Positions 31,409 to 41,117 of a stretch of DNA of 63,521 nucleotides are shown piece after piece. Numbering within the stretch: the stretch's first letter is position 1; each line of letters starts with the position of its first letter. Position numbers and translations under genes: made by a program. The notes beneath the pieces were generated by a model. The model made no database searches and was not told the origin of the DNA. It saw only the letters and a program-made list of their open reading frames with translations. This DNA is from an uncultured Chloroflexia bacterium (GTDB lineage: Bacteria; Chloroflexota; Anaerolineae; B4-G1; SLSP01): contig CAVVUS010000036.1 in the NCBI GenBank assembly GCA_963751345.1, positions 1 through 63,521 of the forward strand, read 5' to 3'.

Positions 31409-32491
31409 CTATGTTTCGTTCTCCGTCCCGGGCGAGGCCGTGATCTCCGCGAGCCGGTAGAAGAACGAGCGTTTCAGCCCGGTGTTGATCGACCAGTTGA
31501 CGGGCACGGTTTGATAGCCGGTGAGGTGCTCGTAAGTGGTCTCACGGGCGTGTTGGGGCCACTCGTAACGCCCGTGGTTCCATCCGCCGCACCCGTAGCC
31601 CTGGATATAGAAGCCCCACGAGGCGTACTCATCGACGGCAGCTTCGAGGTTGTTAAGGTACATTGAGTCCTCGTTGACGAGCAATGGCCGGGGAGCGGCT
31701 AGGTATGCATCGCCGGCCTTGATCCCCTGGAGTTCTCGGCGCAGTTTCCCGGCCCACGTGCTGTTTCCGTGGGGCAGGTAGAAGTCCTGCACCTCCTGCC
31801 AGCGCCCGGGTGCTGAGAAATTGCCGGGCATGATGCTGGAACTCGCGAGCAAGCGGCGCCCGCCCAGCGTGGTCTGCTGCACGATCTCGATCAACTCGTG
31901 GATGTGCTCGGACTGGACGAGTTGGTCGCCTGCCGTGAACTCGTTGTAGACGTCGATGAGGAGGTTGCGATGGTCGGTACGCAGCAGCCAATCGGTGGCT
32001 GTCTCCGTCGCGCGGATGATGGCCGGGTCACCGTGCATCTTCTCAACCTGCCGCCAGTAGAAGAAATTGACGATCACGACCATACCTGCTGCGTCCGCCG
32101 CATCGAGCACGCGTGCAAGCCTGTCGCAGTAGGCAGGCTTAAGCTCTCCATCGGCGTCGAAGGCTGAATTGACGTAGTGCTCGTAGACGTCGGGTGTGTA
32201 GACTGATCCTCCGCCCTGAAGTCCCACGGTCACCGCCAGCAGGCCATAGCGCCGGTAGGTGGGCAGCATCGCGCAGAACTCGTCCGTGTTGCGATCGGGA
32301 TCCCACAGACCGGTGTCGGGATACCGCCAATGCCTTGTTGTCTCGAGATTCTCATCGTCGAAGATTGCCTGCACCATCCGGCTGTTGAACAGCAGGCCCT
32401 CAACGGGGCGTCCCAGGTGACTGACCCCCTCGTATGTCGGCTTGCCGTCGATCAGAAAGCCCGTGCCATCAATAGAGATTTCGGTGTTCAT
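31409..32491 (-). CDS. Hypothetical protein, possible clan GH-A-like glycoside hydrolase
   Basis: IDVYNE and LVNED motifs resemble the acid/base and nucleophile strands of a TIM-barrel hydrolase. Lies in a sugar-utilisation context. Confidence 0.55.
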   Translation of the reverse strand: MNTEISIDGTGFLIDGKPTYEGVSHLGRPVEGLLFNSRMVQAIFDDENLETTRHWRYPDTGLWDPDRNTDEFCAMLPTYRRYGLLAVTVGLQGGGSVYTPDVYEHYVNSAFDADGELKPAYCDRLARVLDAADAAGMVVIVNFFYWRQVEKMHGDPAIIRATETATDWLLRTDHRNLLIDVYNEFTAGDQLVQSEHIHELIEIVQQTTLGGRRLLASSSIMPGNFSAPGRWQEVQDFYLPHGNSTWAGKLRRELQGIKAGDAYLAAPRPLLVNEDSMYLNNLEAAVDEYASWGFYIQGYGCGGWNHGRYEWPQHARETTYEHLTGYQTVPVNWSINTGLKRSFFYRLAEITASPGTENET

Positions 32492-32563
32492 AGGTCCCTC
32501 CTGTCTTGCGTGACAAGTGACCGGTGACGAGTTGATCGGGAGGCTCCGGTTACCCGCTACTCG

Positions 32564-33932
32564 TCAGTCTTCGAAGTAAACCCCGCCCGCCTCGAGCGCC
32601 TCGCGCAGCACACCGTAGGGCAGCTCGCGGGTGCCTTCGTCTCGCAGGGCGCAGAGGGCAGCGGCGGTCCCGGCGGCCTGGCCCTGGCCCATACAGGCCA
32701 CGGTGTTACGCGTTGACATGTGGGCGTCGTGGTCCGACGTGATCATCATCCCGGCGGCCAATAGGTTGTCGAGCCCCGAGACGCGCAGTGCACGATAGGG
32801 GACGCCGTAGGTTCCACCGTCCTTGATCTGGAGCCGCGGGGCAGAGTCGTGGAACCCGTAGGCCAAGACATCGTCATCGAAATGTCGCCCTTCCAGGACG
32901 TCATCACGTGTCACGTCGTAGTCGCACGTGACCAGCCTGCCGCGGCGAATGGTGAGCGAGGGGCTGGTCCGGGCGATAAAGGCTCTCTCGCAGCCGGGGA
33001 CGTACCTCCGGAAGAGATCAACCGCGCGCGCCTGCCGACGACGGAGTTCCACCTCCGCCAGGGCCGCGGCGTCACGGTCCGTGGGGCTCACGTTCATTTT
33101 GTAATTGATCTTCACGAACATAAAGTAGTCGTCGTGGACCGTCGTCGTGACCATCGACATCCCGATCTCCGCAGCGCCCTCCGCAAAGCCCTCGGGCATG
33201 GCGGCACGGCGGCCATCCAGGCGCACGATCTGGTCTTCTCTTGCCGCTGCGCCACCCGCGGGCGTACTGGGTCAGGGCATCGTGCTTGACGATGAAGTCG
33301 TAATACGCCTCCAAGCTCACGTTGGCCAACCCGATGCTATTCACCACAGGATAGTCGTTGGGCTCGACATAGGCCGCACCGGCGCGCGCGCAGAGATCGC
33401 CATAGCCCGTCGTGTCGACGAACGCTTTCGCCATGATGGCCTCGCGGCCCTGATGGCTCTCCGCGATCACACCCTTCAGCTGTGACCCTTCGACGACGGC
33501 GCCGGCGAGCAAGGTGTTGAGGCAGAGATGGACGCCGGCCTGCTCCAACATCGAGAGGGTGACAAGCTTGTAGATCTCGGTGTCGATAGCCGTGCAGACG
33601 GCATCGTAGTCGTAGCCTACAGTCATCTCGGCGTGACCGGTTGTGCCGCCGGCCTCGGCAAGCCGGTCGACGATCTCGGCCGGGATGCCCCTGACCACCT
33701 GGTGTTTCTCTACGCCGGGAAAGGCCTTCCATAGGTTGTAGTAGCTGTGCAGCGCGGTGCCGCCCTCGACGGCGATGCCTCCGGTGTAGCCCTTCATCTC
33801 GATGAGTGCCGTCCGGGCGCCCTGGCGCGCCGCAGCGAGGGCCGCGACGACGCCAGCCGTGCCTCCCCCGGCTACGACGACATCATAGGTGTTGACGGGC
33901 AATTGTTTCGCCGGTTCCGTGTAGGTATGCAA
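32564..33932 (-). CDS. FAD-dependent oxidoreductase (FAD_oxidored family), frameshifted near 33240
   Basis: DVVVAGGGTAG, FVDTTGYGD, YGVPYRAL, MGQGQAAGTAAA. TTG start with AGGAGG. Confidence 0.88.
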
Positions 33933-34123
33933 ATCGTCCTCCTGGTGGGTCTGTGGCGCTGAATGACTCTCGGAGTATAGATGCGATGGATGATAGGGGG
34001 CAACCGTTCCAGAGGCGGCGCCGAACGTGCCGGCGTTTGCTGGTGCGTGCAGCCCAGCGGCGATCCTTCCCGCGATCTGGTGTACTGTACTGACCAATTG
34101 ATATGACTTTATCCCTCTTGGGC

Positions 34124-34175
34124 TTGACATCGTGCCATTTTCATGCTTAAATTGAAATATCAGCCCAATATTTCA
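34124..34175 (+). promoter_or_regulatory. sigma70 promoter with overlapping operator-like palindrome
   Basis: TTGACA (34124-34129), 17 bp, TTAAAT, followed by TGAAATAT-N7-ATATTTCA (34153-34175). Confidence 0.55.
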
Positions 34176-34202
34176 GTCGATGACCCAAAAAAGGTCTCTC
34201 CT

Positions 34203-35228
34203 ATGTCCAATGGAGTTCGCCTTCAAGAGGTAGCAGACCTGGCCGGGGTGTCCATAGGAACTGCATCGCAAGCCCTCAACAATCGCCCCAATGTCGCATC
34301 GGACACGCGGGCGCGCGTGGTCGACGCCGCTCGAACGTTGGGATATCCGATAAAGCATCGTGTGGAACAAGTCGCCGATAACCTCGAAGTCATCGGCATG
34401 CTGACCAAGCATGACTATGGTTATCCGCCTTACACAAACCCTTTCTACTCGGTGGTTCAGGTTGGGGTCGAAAGCGAGTGCCGCAGGCAGAACATCAGCC
34501 TGATGTACGCTAATATCGAGGTCGACGGTTCCAACCATCCGGTCGCCTGGCCCCCGATGCTGAGCGAGGAACGCATCGACGGCCTGCTGCTCGTCGGTAC
34601 CTTTATCGAGGACACCGTGGACGTTCTCAAGCGCCGCCTCGACCTCCCGATTGTGCTCATTGACGCGTATGCGCCAAACTTGCCCTACGACAGCGTCCTG
34701 ATTGACAATGATGCGGGAACCTGCACTGCAATCGAGTACTTGATCCGGTTCGGACACCGCCGGATTGGGCTGATCGGCACACATCCCGATTCACCCCCGA
34801 GTGTGGTGGAACGACGTGTGAGCTTTCTGCGCTTGATGAAAGCATATGGGCTCTCCGAAGCCTACGTCGAGGACTCTGAGGTTAGCTATCAAGCAGGTGA
34901 GCACTCCTTGAGACGACTGCTCGAACGCGCGCCCGAGGTCACCGCGGTCTTTGCCAGTGCTGACCTGGTGGCTATCGGTGCGCTGAATGCAGCTCGGAAT
35001 CTTGGGATCGCGGTGCCTGGAGAGCTGTCGGTCATCGGGTTCGACGATATCGATAGCGCCAGTGTCGTGACACCGGCACTGACTACCGTGCGTGTTCATA
35101 AGACATGGATGGGCTCGCTGGCTGTTCGTCAACTCCTATCGCGGGCCAGCGACCCGTTGCAGCCCAAAATCACCATCTCAGTATCGACCAGGCTCGTTGA
35201 GCGTGACTCCGTGGGTGCCGCCCAGTGA
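34203..35228 (+). CDS. LacI family transcriptional regulator
   Basis: LQEVADLAGVSIGTASQALN HTH, SVIGFDD, PALTTV. Confidence 0.95.
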   Translation: MSNGVRLQEVADLAGVSIGTASQALNNRPNVASDTRARVVDAARTLGYPIKHRVEQVADNLEVIGMLTKHDYGYPPYTNPFYSVVQVGVESECRRQNISLMYANIEVDGSNHPVAWPPMLSEERIDGLLLVGTFIEDTVDVLKRRLDLPIVLIDAYAPNLPYDSVLIDNDAGTCTAIEYLIRFGHRRIGLIGTHPDSPPSVVERRVSFLRLMKAYGLSEAYVEDSEVSYQAGEHSLRRLLERAPEVTAVFASADLVAIGALNAARNLGIAVPGELSVIGFDDIDSASVVTPALTTVRVHKTWMGSLAVRQLLSRASDPLQPKITISVSTRLVERDSVGAAQ

Positions 35229-35313
35229 TCTGCACCGGCAACGGTCAGACATCGGGAGGAACCGAGGTATAGGTTCGTCTACGCCGATTCACCATACGAA
35301 ACGAGGTTTTCTG

Positions 35314-36315
35314 ATGGAAGCTACATCCTCTGAAGCGTTGGTCTCAAAGAAGAAGCCCAGGTGGAGTAGAGATAAGGTCTACACCAACCTGTCCTATCTG
35401 GTCATGGTTCTGCCGGGTGCAATATGGCTGCTGTTGTTTGCGTATCTGCCCATGCCCGGTGCCCTTATGGCATTCAAGACCTATAAGCTAGTTAGACCTC
35501 CTGCGGATGCCTTCATCCAGAACAAGTTTGTCTACAGCCTTATCAAGAGCCCGTGGGTCGGACTGGATAACTTCAGATACCTTACCCTTCCTACAAACAT
35601 CGGGGCTACGCTGACGTATATCCGCAATACGGTAGGGTATAACCTGCTCTTTATGGTTGTGGGGCTGGTGCTATCGGTTGCCTTGGCCGTCGTGATTTTC
35701 GAGCTGACCAACCGGTTCGTGTCAAAGGTCTTTCACTCTATCTTCTTCCTCCCGTATTTCATCTCGTGGATTGTTGTTGCGTATGTCGTCTACGCATTGG
35801 GCAGCGCCAACGGAATCATCAACGGTGGGCTGGCTGCCGTAGGGATGGGGCCGATAGAAGTGTACAAAGAGAAGCTCGCGTGGCCGTTCATCTTCCTGAT
35901 CGCCAATATATGGAGATATACGGGCAACGGGTCCATCATCTATCTGGCCGTCATCACCGGCATCGATCGTGAGCTCTATGAAGCCGCTGCCATCGACGGC
36001 GCTGGGAAATGGCAGCAGTTCCTCCACATCACCTTGCCCCACCTGGTTCCGGTTATCGTGCTGCTGCAGATTCTGGCAGTAGGACGCATCTTCGGTTCCG
36101 ATTTCGATATGTTCTACACCCTGCCAAATGGCGCTGCAGTCGTCAAGGATGTTACGCAGACGCTGGATGTGTTCGTGTACAATATGTTGAGAGGCTCGAC
36201 GCCGCTTGGCTATCCTGCTGCAGCCGCGTTCGTGCAGTCGATTGTTGGCTTCGTTCTGATCATGATCACGAATACGGTTGTGCGTAGGACCAAACCGGAA
36301 TTGGCACTGTTCTAA
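35314..36315 (+). CDS. Carbohydrate ABC transporter permease
   Basis: SPWVGLDNF, LPYFISW, LYEAAAIDGAGKWQ EAA motif. Confidence 0.93.
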   Translation: MEATSSEALVSKKKPRWSRDKVYTNLSYLVMVLPGAIWLLLFAYLPMPGALMAFKTYKLVRPPADAFIQNKFVYSLIKSPWVGLDNFRYLTLPTNIGATLTYIRNTVGYNLLFMVVGLVLSVALAVVIFELTNRFVSKVFHSIFFLPYFISWIVVAYVVYALGSANGIINGGLAAVGMGPIEVYKEKLAWPFIFLIANIWRYTGNGSIIYLAVITGIDRELYEAAAIDGAGKWQQFLHITLPHLVPVIVLLQILAVGRIFGSDFDMFYTLPNGAAVVKDVTQTLDVFVYNMLRGSTPLGYPAAAAFVQSIVGFVLIMITNTVVRRTKPELALF

Positions 36316-36329
36316 GGAGCTACCCCAAA

Positions 36330-37286
36330 ATGGATATAACGGCCAAACCTAGATCAGGGCTGCTGGGCAAAGTCTTGTCATTGAGAAAGACAAGGCGAGA
36401 CATGCTTGCCCTTTCGCCAGCGACGAATGCGGTGTTTACTATTCTCTTGGGATTGCTCTGCATTTTGACGCTGATTCCCATCTACGTCATCGTCATCTCC
36501 TCGGTCACTTCGGAGGCCTCGCTTACAGCTAACGGCTACAGGTTATGGCCTGAGGAATTCTCGACCATGGCCTATACATTCTTGTTCAGCAAGGGCTCAA
36601 TTGTCGTTACCGCTTACAAGAACACGATCATATCCACCGTGGCAGGTACACTCCTCTCTGTAATCATGGTGGGGTTATACGCTTACCCGCTTTCGAGACC
36701 CAATTTCAAGTTCAAGACCTTCTTTACCTTCTTCGCCTTCTTCACCATGCTGTTCAGCGGCGGGCTTGTTTCATACTACATGGTCACTCGGCAGATTCTG
36801 CAGATTCAGAACAGCCTGTGGGCCCTGTTCCTTCCCTCGGCTTTCAGCCCATTCTGGGTGATCGTCATGCGCACCTTCTACCAAACGAATGTGCCCAATG
36901 AGCTCCTCGAATCAGCCCGTATCGATGGCGCCGGCGAATGGCGTACGCTCTTGCAGATCGTTGTGCCGCTGGCTGTCCCCGGTTTGGCGACGGTCGCCCT
37001 GTTCAGCGCGATTGGCATCTGGAACAATTTCTTCAACTGTCTGCTGCTGGTGGACGAGGCGAAATACTACAGCTTGCAGTTCACCATCTATACGACGTTG
37101 AACAACATCCGATTCCTGCTTGAAAACGCGGATAAGATGCAAGGGCTGGTCAACATGTCCCAACTCCCCTCGCAGACTTTCCGGATGGCCATGGCGGTGG
37201 TAACCGTAGGCCCCATCATTTTCGCGTATCCCTTCTTCCAGCGGTACTTTATCCGCGGTCTGACCATGGGGGCTATCAAGGGCTAG
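36330..37286 (+). CDS. Carbohydrate ABC transporter permease
   Basis: FSGGLV, ESARIDGAGE, YPFFQRYFIRGLTMGAIKG. Confidence 0.93.
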   Translation: MDITAKPRSGLLGKVLSLRKTRRDMLALSPATNAVFTILLGLLCILTLIPIYVIVISSVTSEASLTANGYRLWPEEFSTMAYTFLFSKGSIVVTAYKNTIISTVAGTLLSVIMVGLYAYPLSRPNFKFKTFFTFFAFFTMLFSGGLVSYYMVTRQILQIQNSLWALFLPSAFSPFWVIVMRTFYQTNVPNELLESARIDGAGEWRTLLQIVVPLAVPGLATVALFSAIGIWNNFFNCLLLVDEAKYYSLQFTIYTTLNNIRFLLENADKMQGLVNMSQLPSQTFRMAMAVVTVGPIIFAYPFFQRYFIRGLTMGAIKG

Positions 37287-37454
37287 GGCCGTTTGTCCTG
37301 ACTGACAGGCGTTGCCTGTTGAGATCGAATCCAGCAGTCTCTGCATAAGCAAGAGAGGAGGCATCGAGCAGCAAAGACGATCCGCGGTCCTGTCCTTCCG
37401 GTTTGATAAGCCGTAGCGAACACGTTTCTACGTAACTGACTGAAGAGAGGAGAC

Positions 37455-39044
37455 ATGATGTCTAGGAGATTGTCACGTCGTGAGTTCTTGAAGGTTGCCG
37501 GCATAGGTGCTGTTGCCGGAGTTCTCGTAGCCTGTTCCGGACCGGCAGCACAGCCCACAACAGGATCTGAGGCCGGTACTGCACCCGAAGCCACCACAGC
37601 ACCGCCGGCTGAAACCGCAGTTCTCGACTACTACTGGATCGGAAACGGAGATACCGATCAGCGCGGCGCGGTTGAAGCCGCGATCAACTCATATGTTGAG
37701 CCTCTCATTGGCGTCAACGTGGTCTTCCACATCATTGGCTGGGGTGACTGGGTCTCCAAGGCTGTAACGGGCATTGAGGCCGGGGAGAAGATGGACATCT
37801 TCTTCACTGCTGACTGGCAGAATTACATGCAGTTGGCAACCGAAGGCCTGTTCCTCCCGTTGAATGACGACAACGGCCCAGACGGCAACCTGCTCGAGAC
37901 GTATGGCCAGGGCATCCTGGCCGGACTGAACCCCGCGTTCATCACCGGCACGCAGATCGACGGCGTCAACTACGCGGTCCCCACCAATAAAGAGCTGACC
38001 GTTCCCATGGGCTTCATCTACAACGCCGTCTTTGCTCAGGACATCGGCTTTACTCCCGAAGAGGCTGCCAAGGTCAAGACTATGACTGATCTCGAGCCCT
38101 GGCTCGAAAAGGCCAAAGCAGCCCGCCCGGATGAGTATCCTTACCTTTACAGTGGCAACTGGTGGGGCTTCGAACCCTGGCTACCCAGCCTCGCTGAGAG
38201 TGTTCCCGGCAATGTGGTCAACATGCTCCAGGATCCCGATGCCAACGGGAATTTCGACGAGACCATCTACAGTGTCTGGGAGACCGAAGTCAATAAAGCG
38301 TATGTCGCTTTGATGCGCGAATGGTATCTGAAGGGTTGGGTCCATCCGGATGCCGGCCTAACTACTTTCGACAGCGCCCCGCTGATGAACGCGGGACAGT
38401 TCTTCATCACGACCCAGCCCCTGAAAGGCAGCAACATCAAAGCACAGGAACTGGTGAACGCCTCCGGCAATCCCGATCTAGAGCTGCTGGAGATCTACGG
38501 CCAGGCCAAGGTCAACGTAACTCACCATGCCGGTGGCTCTATGCTCGCCATTCCTATGTTGTCCGACTATCCGGTACAGGCCATGGAGTACATCAATCTC
38601 ATGCACACCGACTCCAAGCTGATCAACATGATGCTGTTCGGCGTCGAAGGCAAGAACTGGGAGTTCGATCCTGACGGCCGAGTGAACATCATTGACAGCG
38701 CCTGGTATGGCGCGACTGCCGGCGCGTGGACCGTAGGTAACACCATGCTTCAGGCCGTCTCCAACAAGGAAGACCCCAACAAGAACAAGATGCTGATCGA
38801 GTACGCCAATGATTCCGTCAACAGTCCTTCCCTCGGCTTCCGCTTCCGTTCGGAACCCGTGGCTGCTGAGCTGACCGCTCTGCAAGGAGTCGTCGACGGG
38901 ATGGACCAGGCCCTGAGGTCGGGTTACGTCGACCCTGCGGTCGAACTACCCAAGTACGTTGAGGACCTAAAGGCCGCCGGTCTCGAGACTGTCAAGACTG
39001 AGGTTGAAAATCAGTACACCGCCTGGAAGGCTACGAAGGCGTAG
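37455..39044 (+). CDS. Carbohydrate ABC transporter substrate-binding lipoprotein (Tat signal)
   Basis: SRREFLK twin-arginine motif, LVAC lipobox, FGVEGKNW and LGFRF C-terminal motifs. Confidence 0.9.
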   Translation: MMSRRLSRREFLKVAGIGAVAGVLVACSGPAAQPTTGSEAGTAPEATTAPPAETAVLDYYWIGNGDTDQRGAVEAAINSYVEPLIGVNVVFHIIGWGDWVSKAVTGIEAGEKMDIFFTADWQNYMQLATEGLFLPLNDDNGPDGNLLETYGQGILAGLNPAFITGTQIDGVNYAVPTNKELTVPMGFIYNAVFAQDIGFTPEEAAKVKTMTDLEPWLEKAKAARPDEYPYLYSGNWWGFEPWLPSLAESVPGNVVNMLQDPDANGNFDETIYSVWETEVNKAYVALMREWYLKGWVHPDAGLTTFDSAPLMNAGQFFITTQPLKGSNIKAQELVNASGNPDLELLEIYGQAKVNVTHHAGGSMLAIPMLSDYPVQAMEYINLMHTDSKLINMMLFGVEGKNWEFDPDGRVNIIDSAWYGATAGAWTVGNTMLQAVSNKEDPNKNKMLIEYANDSVNSPSLGFRFRSEPVAAELTALQGVVDGMDQALRSGYVDPAVELPKYVEDLKAAGLETVKTEVENQYTAWKATKA

Positions 39045-39076
39045 ATCCGGGTTCGGAGCTTGATTGTTGAACCGAG

Positions 39077-39108
39077 AGGGGCTGCCCTTGAAAAAGGGCA
39101 GCCCCTTT
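39077..39108 (+). terminator. Rho-independent terminator
   Basis: AGGGGCTGCCCTT-GAAA-AAGGGCAGCCCCT-TT. A second hairpin (GCAATCCCAGCT...AGCTGGGATTGC) follows at about 39143-39175. Confidence 0.75.
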
Positions 39109-39208
39109 GAGTTGCAGTGCGAATGGCCGGAGCAACACTCGCGCAATCCCAGCTTCGACGCAGAGCTGGGATTGCAGTGGCAGCCGCGCCAAAACTTTGC
39201 AGGTCGGA

Positions 39209-39690
39209 CTACTTCTTGCGCAAGCGTGACTTAAGTGTCAAGCCAAGCCCTGTCACTAGGAGCAGGCCAGCCGCATAGAGTTCATACCCCGCACCCGTTG
39301 CCGGGAGTAGCACCCCGGTCGGGCCGCCAGCACCGACAGGCGCAAGCCCGAAGTATACCACCCCGGTGGCGCCTTCTCCCTGCACCTGAACCCACTGTGG
39401 ATTCGCGCTGGTCACGGAGTATCCTGCAGGGACCGCGATAGAAACCATCCACCAATCAGTCGTCTCGCCGGCCGGTATCAAGCCCCAAGTGCCGGGGCAG
39501 GGAGTCGGGGCACTCGGGTTCAGATAGTCGCAAGTGTTGGGAGTCGTGTCGCTGATCTCGTCGGGGTTCGGTGCTGACACCAAGTCGACGGTAGTGTCGC
39601 CGTTGGCGCTTTGCAGCGTCACCTTGACACCGGGCATGCCTACCTCGCCCATGTCCCAGACGCCGTTCAGGTTCGTCGATCCTGTGTGCT
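39209..39690 (-). CDS. SdrD-B-like surface protein with LPxTG-type sorting signal; 5' end unclear or truncated
   Basis: NLNGVWDMGEVGMPGVKVTL SdrD-B-like motif. C-terminal LLPATG + hydrophobic helix + KSRLRKK. Confidence 0.6.
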
Positions 39691-39925
39691 GATCTGTCGC
39701 GCAAGAACCGGTGGCGCGTTTGATGCTGAGTCGATGATCTTGTGCTCGCTGGAGCCTGTGACATACTGACGTGGGCAATGGCGCCTGCGCCGGTGTGTCT
39801 GGCAGGGGGGCTCGTTTCGCACATCCCCGAGGCGCACGCCGGACTTGTCCTGATGATCTACTGCGTGATATCATTGGATGGGTGCAAGCGATACTGATCC
39901 ATTGCACTGAGAAGAGGGATAGCTG

Positions 39926-41036
39926 ATGCGATGGTCACCTTTCGAACTCGAACGCTACTTTGCACGCTACGAGTTCAATGTGGATTACGTGCTCTGTGCA
40001 TCGGATTGCGAGTCGATGACCGTGGCGGAGTTGCTCGAACTGGAACCGGGCGCCGCGGAGCGGTTCCAGAGCTGTCGGCTGGGTTACACGGACTCCAAGG
40101 GCGATCCGGCATTGCGAGAGGCGATCTCGGCAATCTACGACACCGTCGATTCGGCAGATGTGCTCGTGCACGCCGGCGCAGAGGAGGCTATCTTTCTCTT
40201 CGCTCACGCCGCGCTGGACGCCGGAGACCACGTCGTCGTTCAGTGGCCCTGTTACCAATCGCTGATGGAGGTGGCACATGGACTGGGGTGCCGCATCACG
40301 CCATGGCGGATGCATTGGGACGATGGATGGACGCCCGACGTCGACGAGCTTAGAGCGGCTGGTGACGCCCGGGACCCGCGCCATCGTGATCAACTCGCCC
40401 CATAATCCCACAGGCTATCATATGCCCCGTACTGTGTTTGACAGGGTCGTGGCGTTGTCCGAGCGAACCGGGGCGCTGCTGTTTTCGGATGAGGTCTATC
40501 GCGAGTCCGAATACCGGCCTGAGGATCGCCTTCCGGCCGCCTGTGACGTCAGCCCGCGGGCCGTCTCACTTGGTGTGATGTCCAAGACCTATGGTCTGCC
40601 GGGTCTGCGCATCGGCTGGATCTCGACTCACGACGCGGACCTCCTGCAACGGATGGCACAACTCAAGGACTACACGACCATCTGCAACGCAGCCCCGAGC
40701 GAGTTCCTGGCAGGCGTAGCCCTGCGTCATCGCGAGGTCCTGGTAAACCGTACCGTCGATCTGCTAAGGCGTAACCTGGCTCATCTGGACGCCTTCATGG
40801 CGCGCCACCGTGAGCATTTCGAGTGGCGGCGACCGGGTGCCGGGCCGATCGCTTTCCCGGCGCTTGCGGGGAGTGCGGCTGAGATGGGGGCCGACGCCTT
40901 CTGCGAGCATCTGGTGCGGAAGAGCGGAGTGCTGCTGCTGCCGGGCACTGTGTACGGGGTGCCGGGCCACGTGCGCGTCGGATTCGGGAGACGCGATATC
41001 CCGGAGGCGCTTGCACGATTGGACGCTGTTTGGTGA
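39926..41036 (+). CDS. PLP-dependent aminotransferase class I/II, frameshifted near 40350
   Basis: NSPHNPTG, SDEVYR, MSKTYGLPGLRIGW. Confidence 0.9.
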
Positions 41037-41117
41037 CGAAGCGTACCACGCCTCTGCTCAACCTCCTGCGCGATCTTTGAGTTCGAAGCTATTCACTGCA
41101 GACTAGAGGATGATGAT

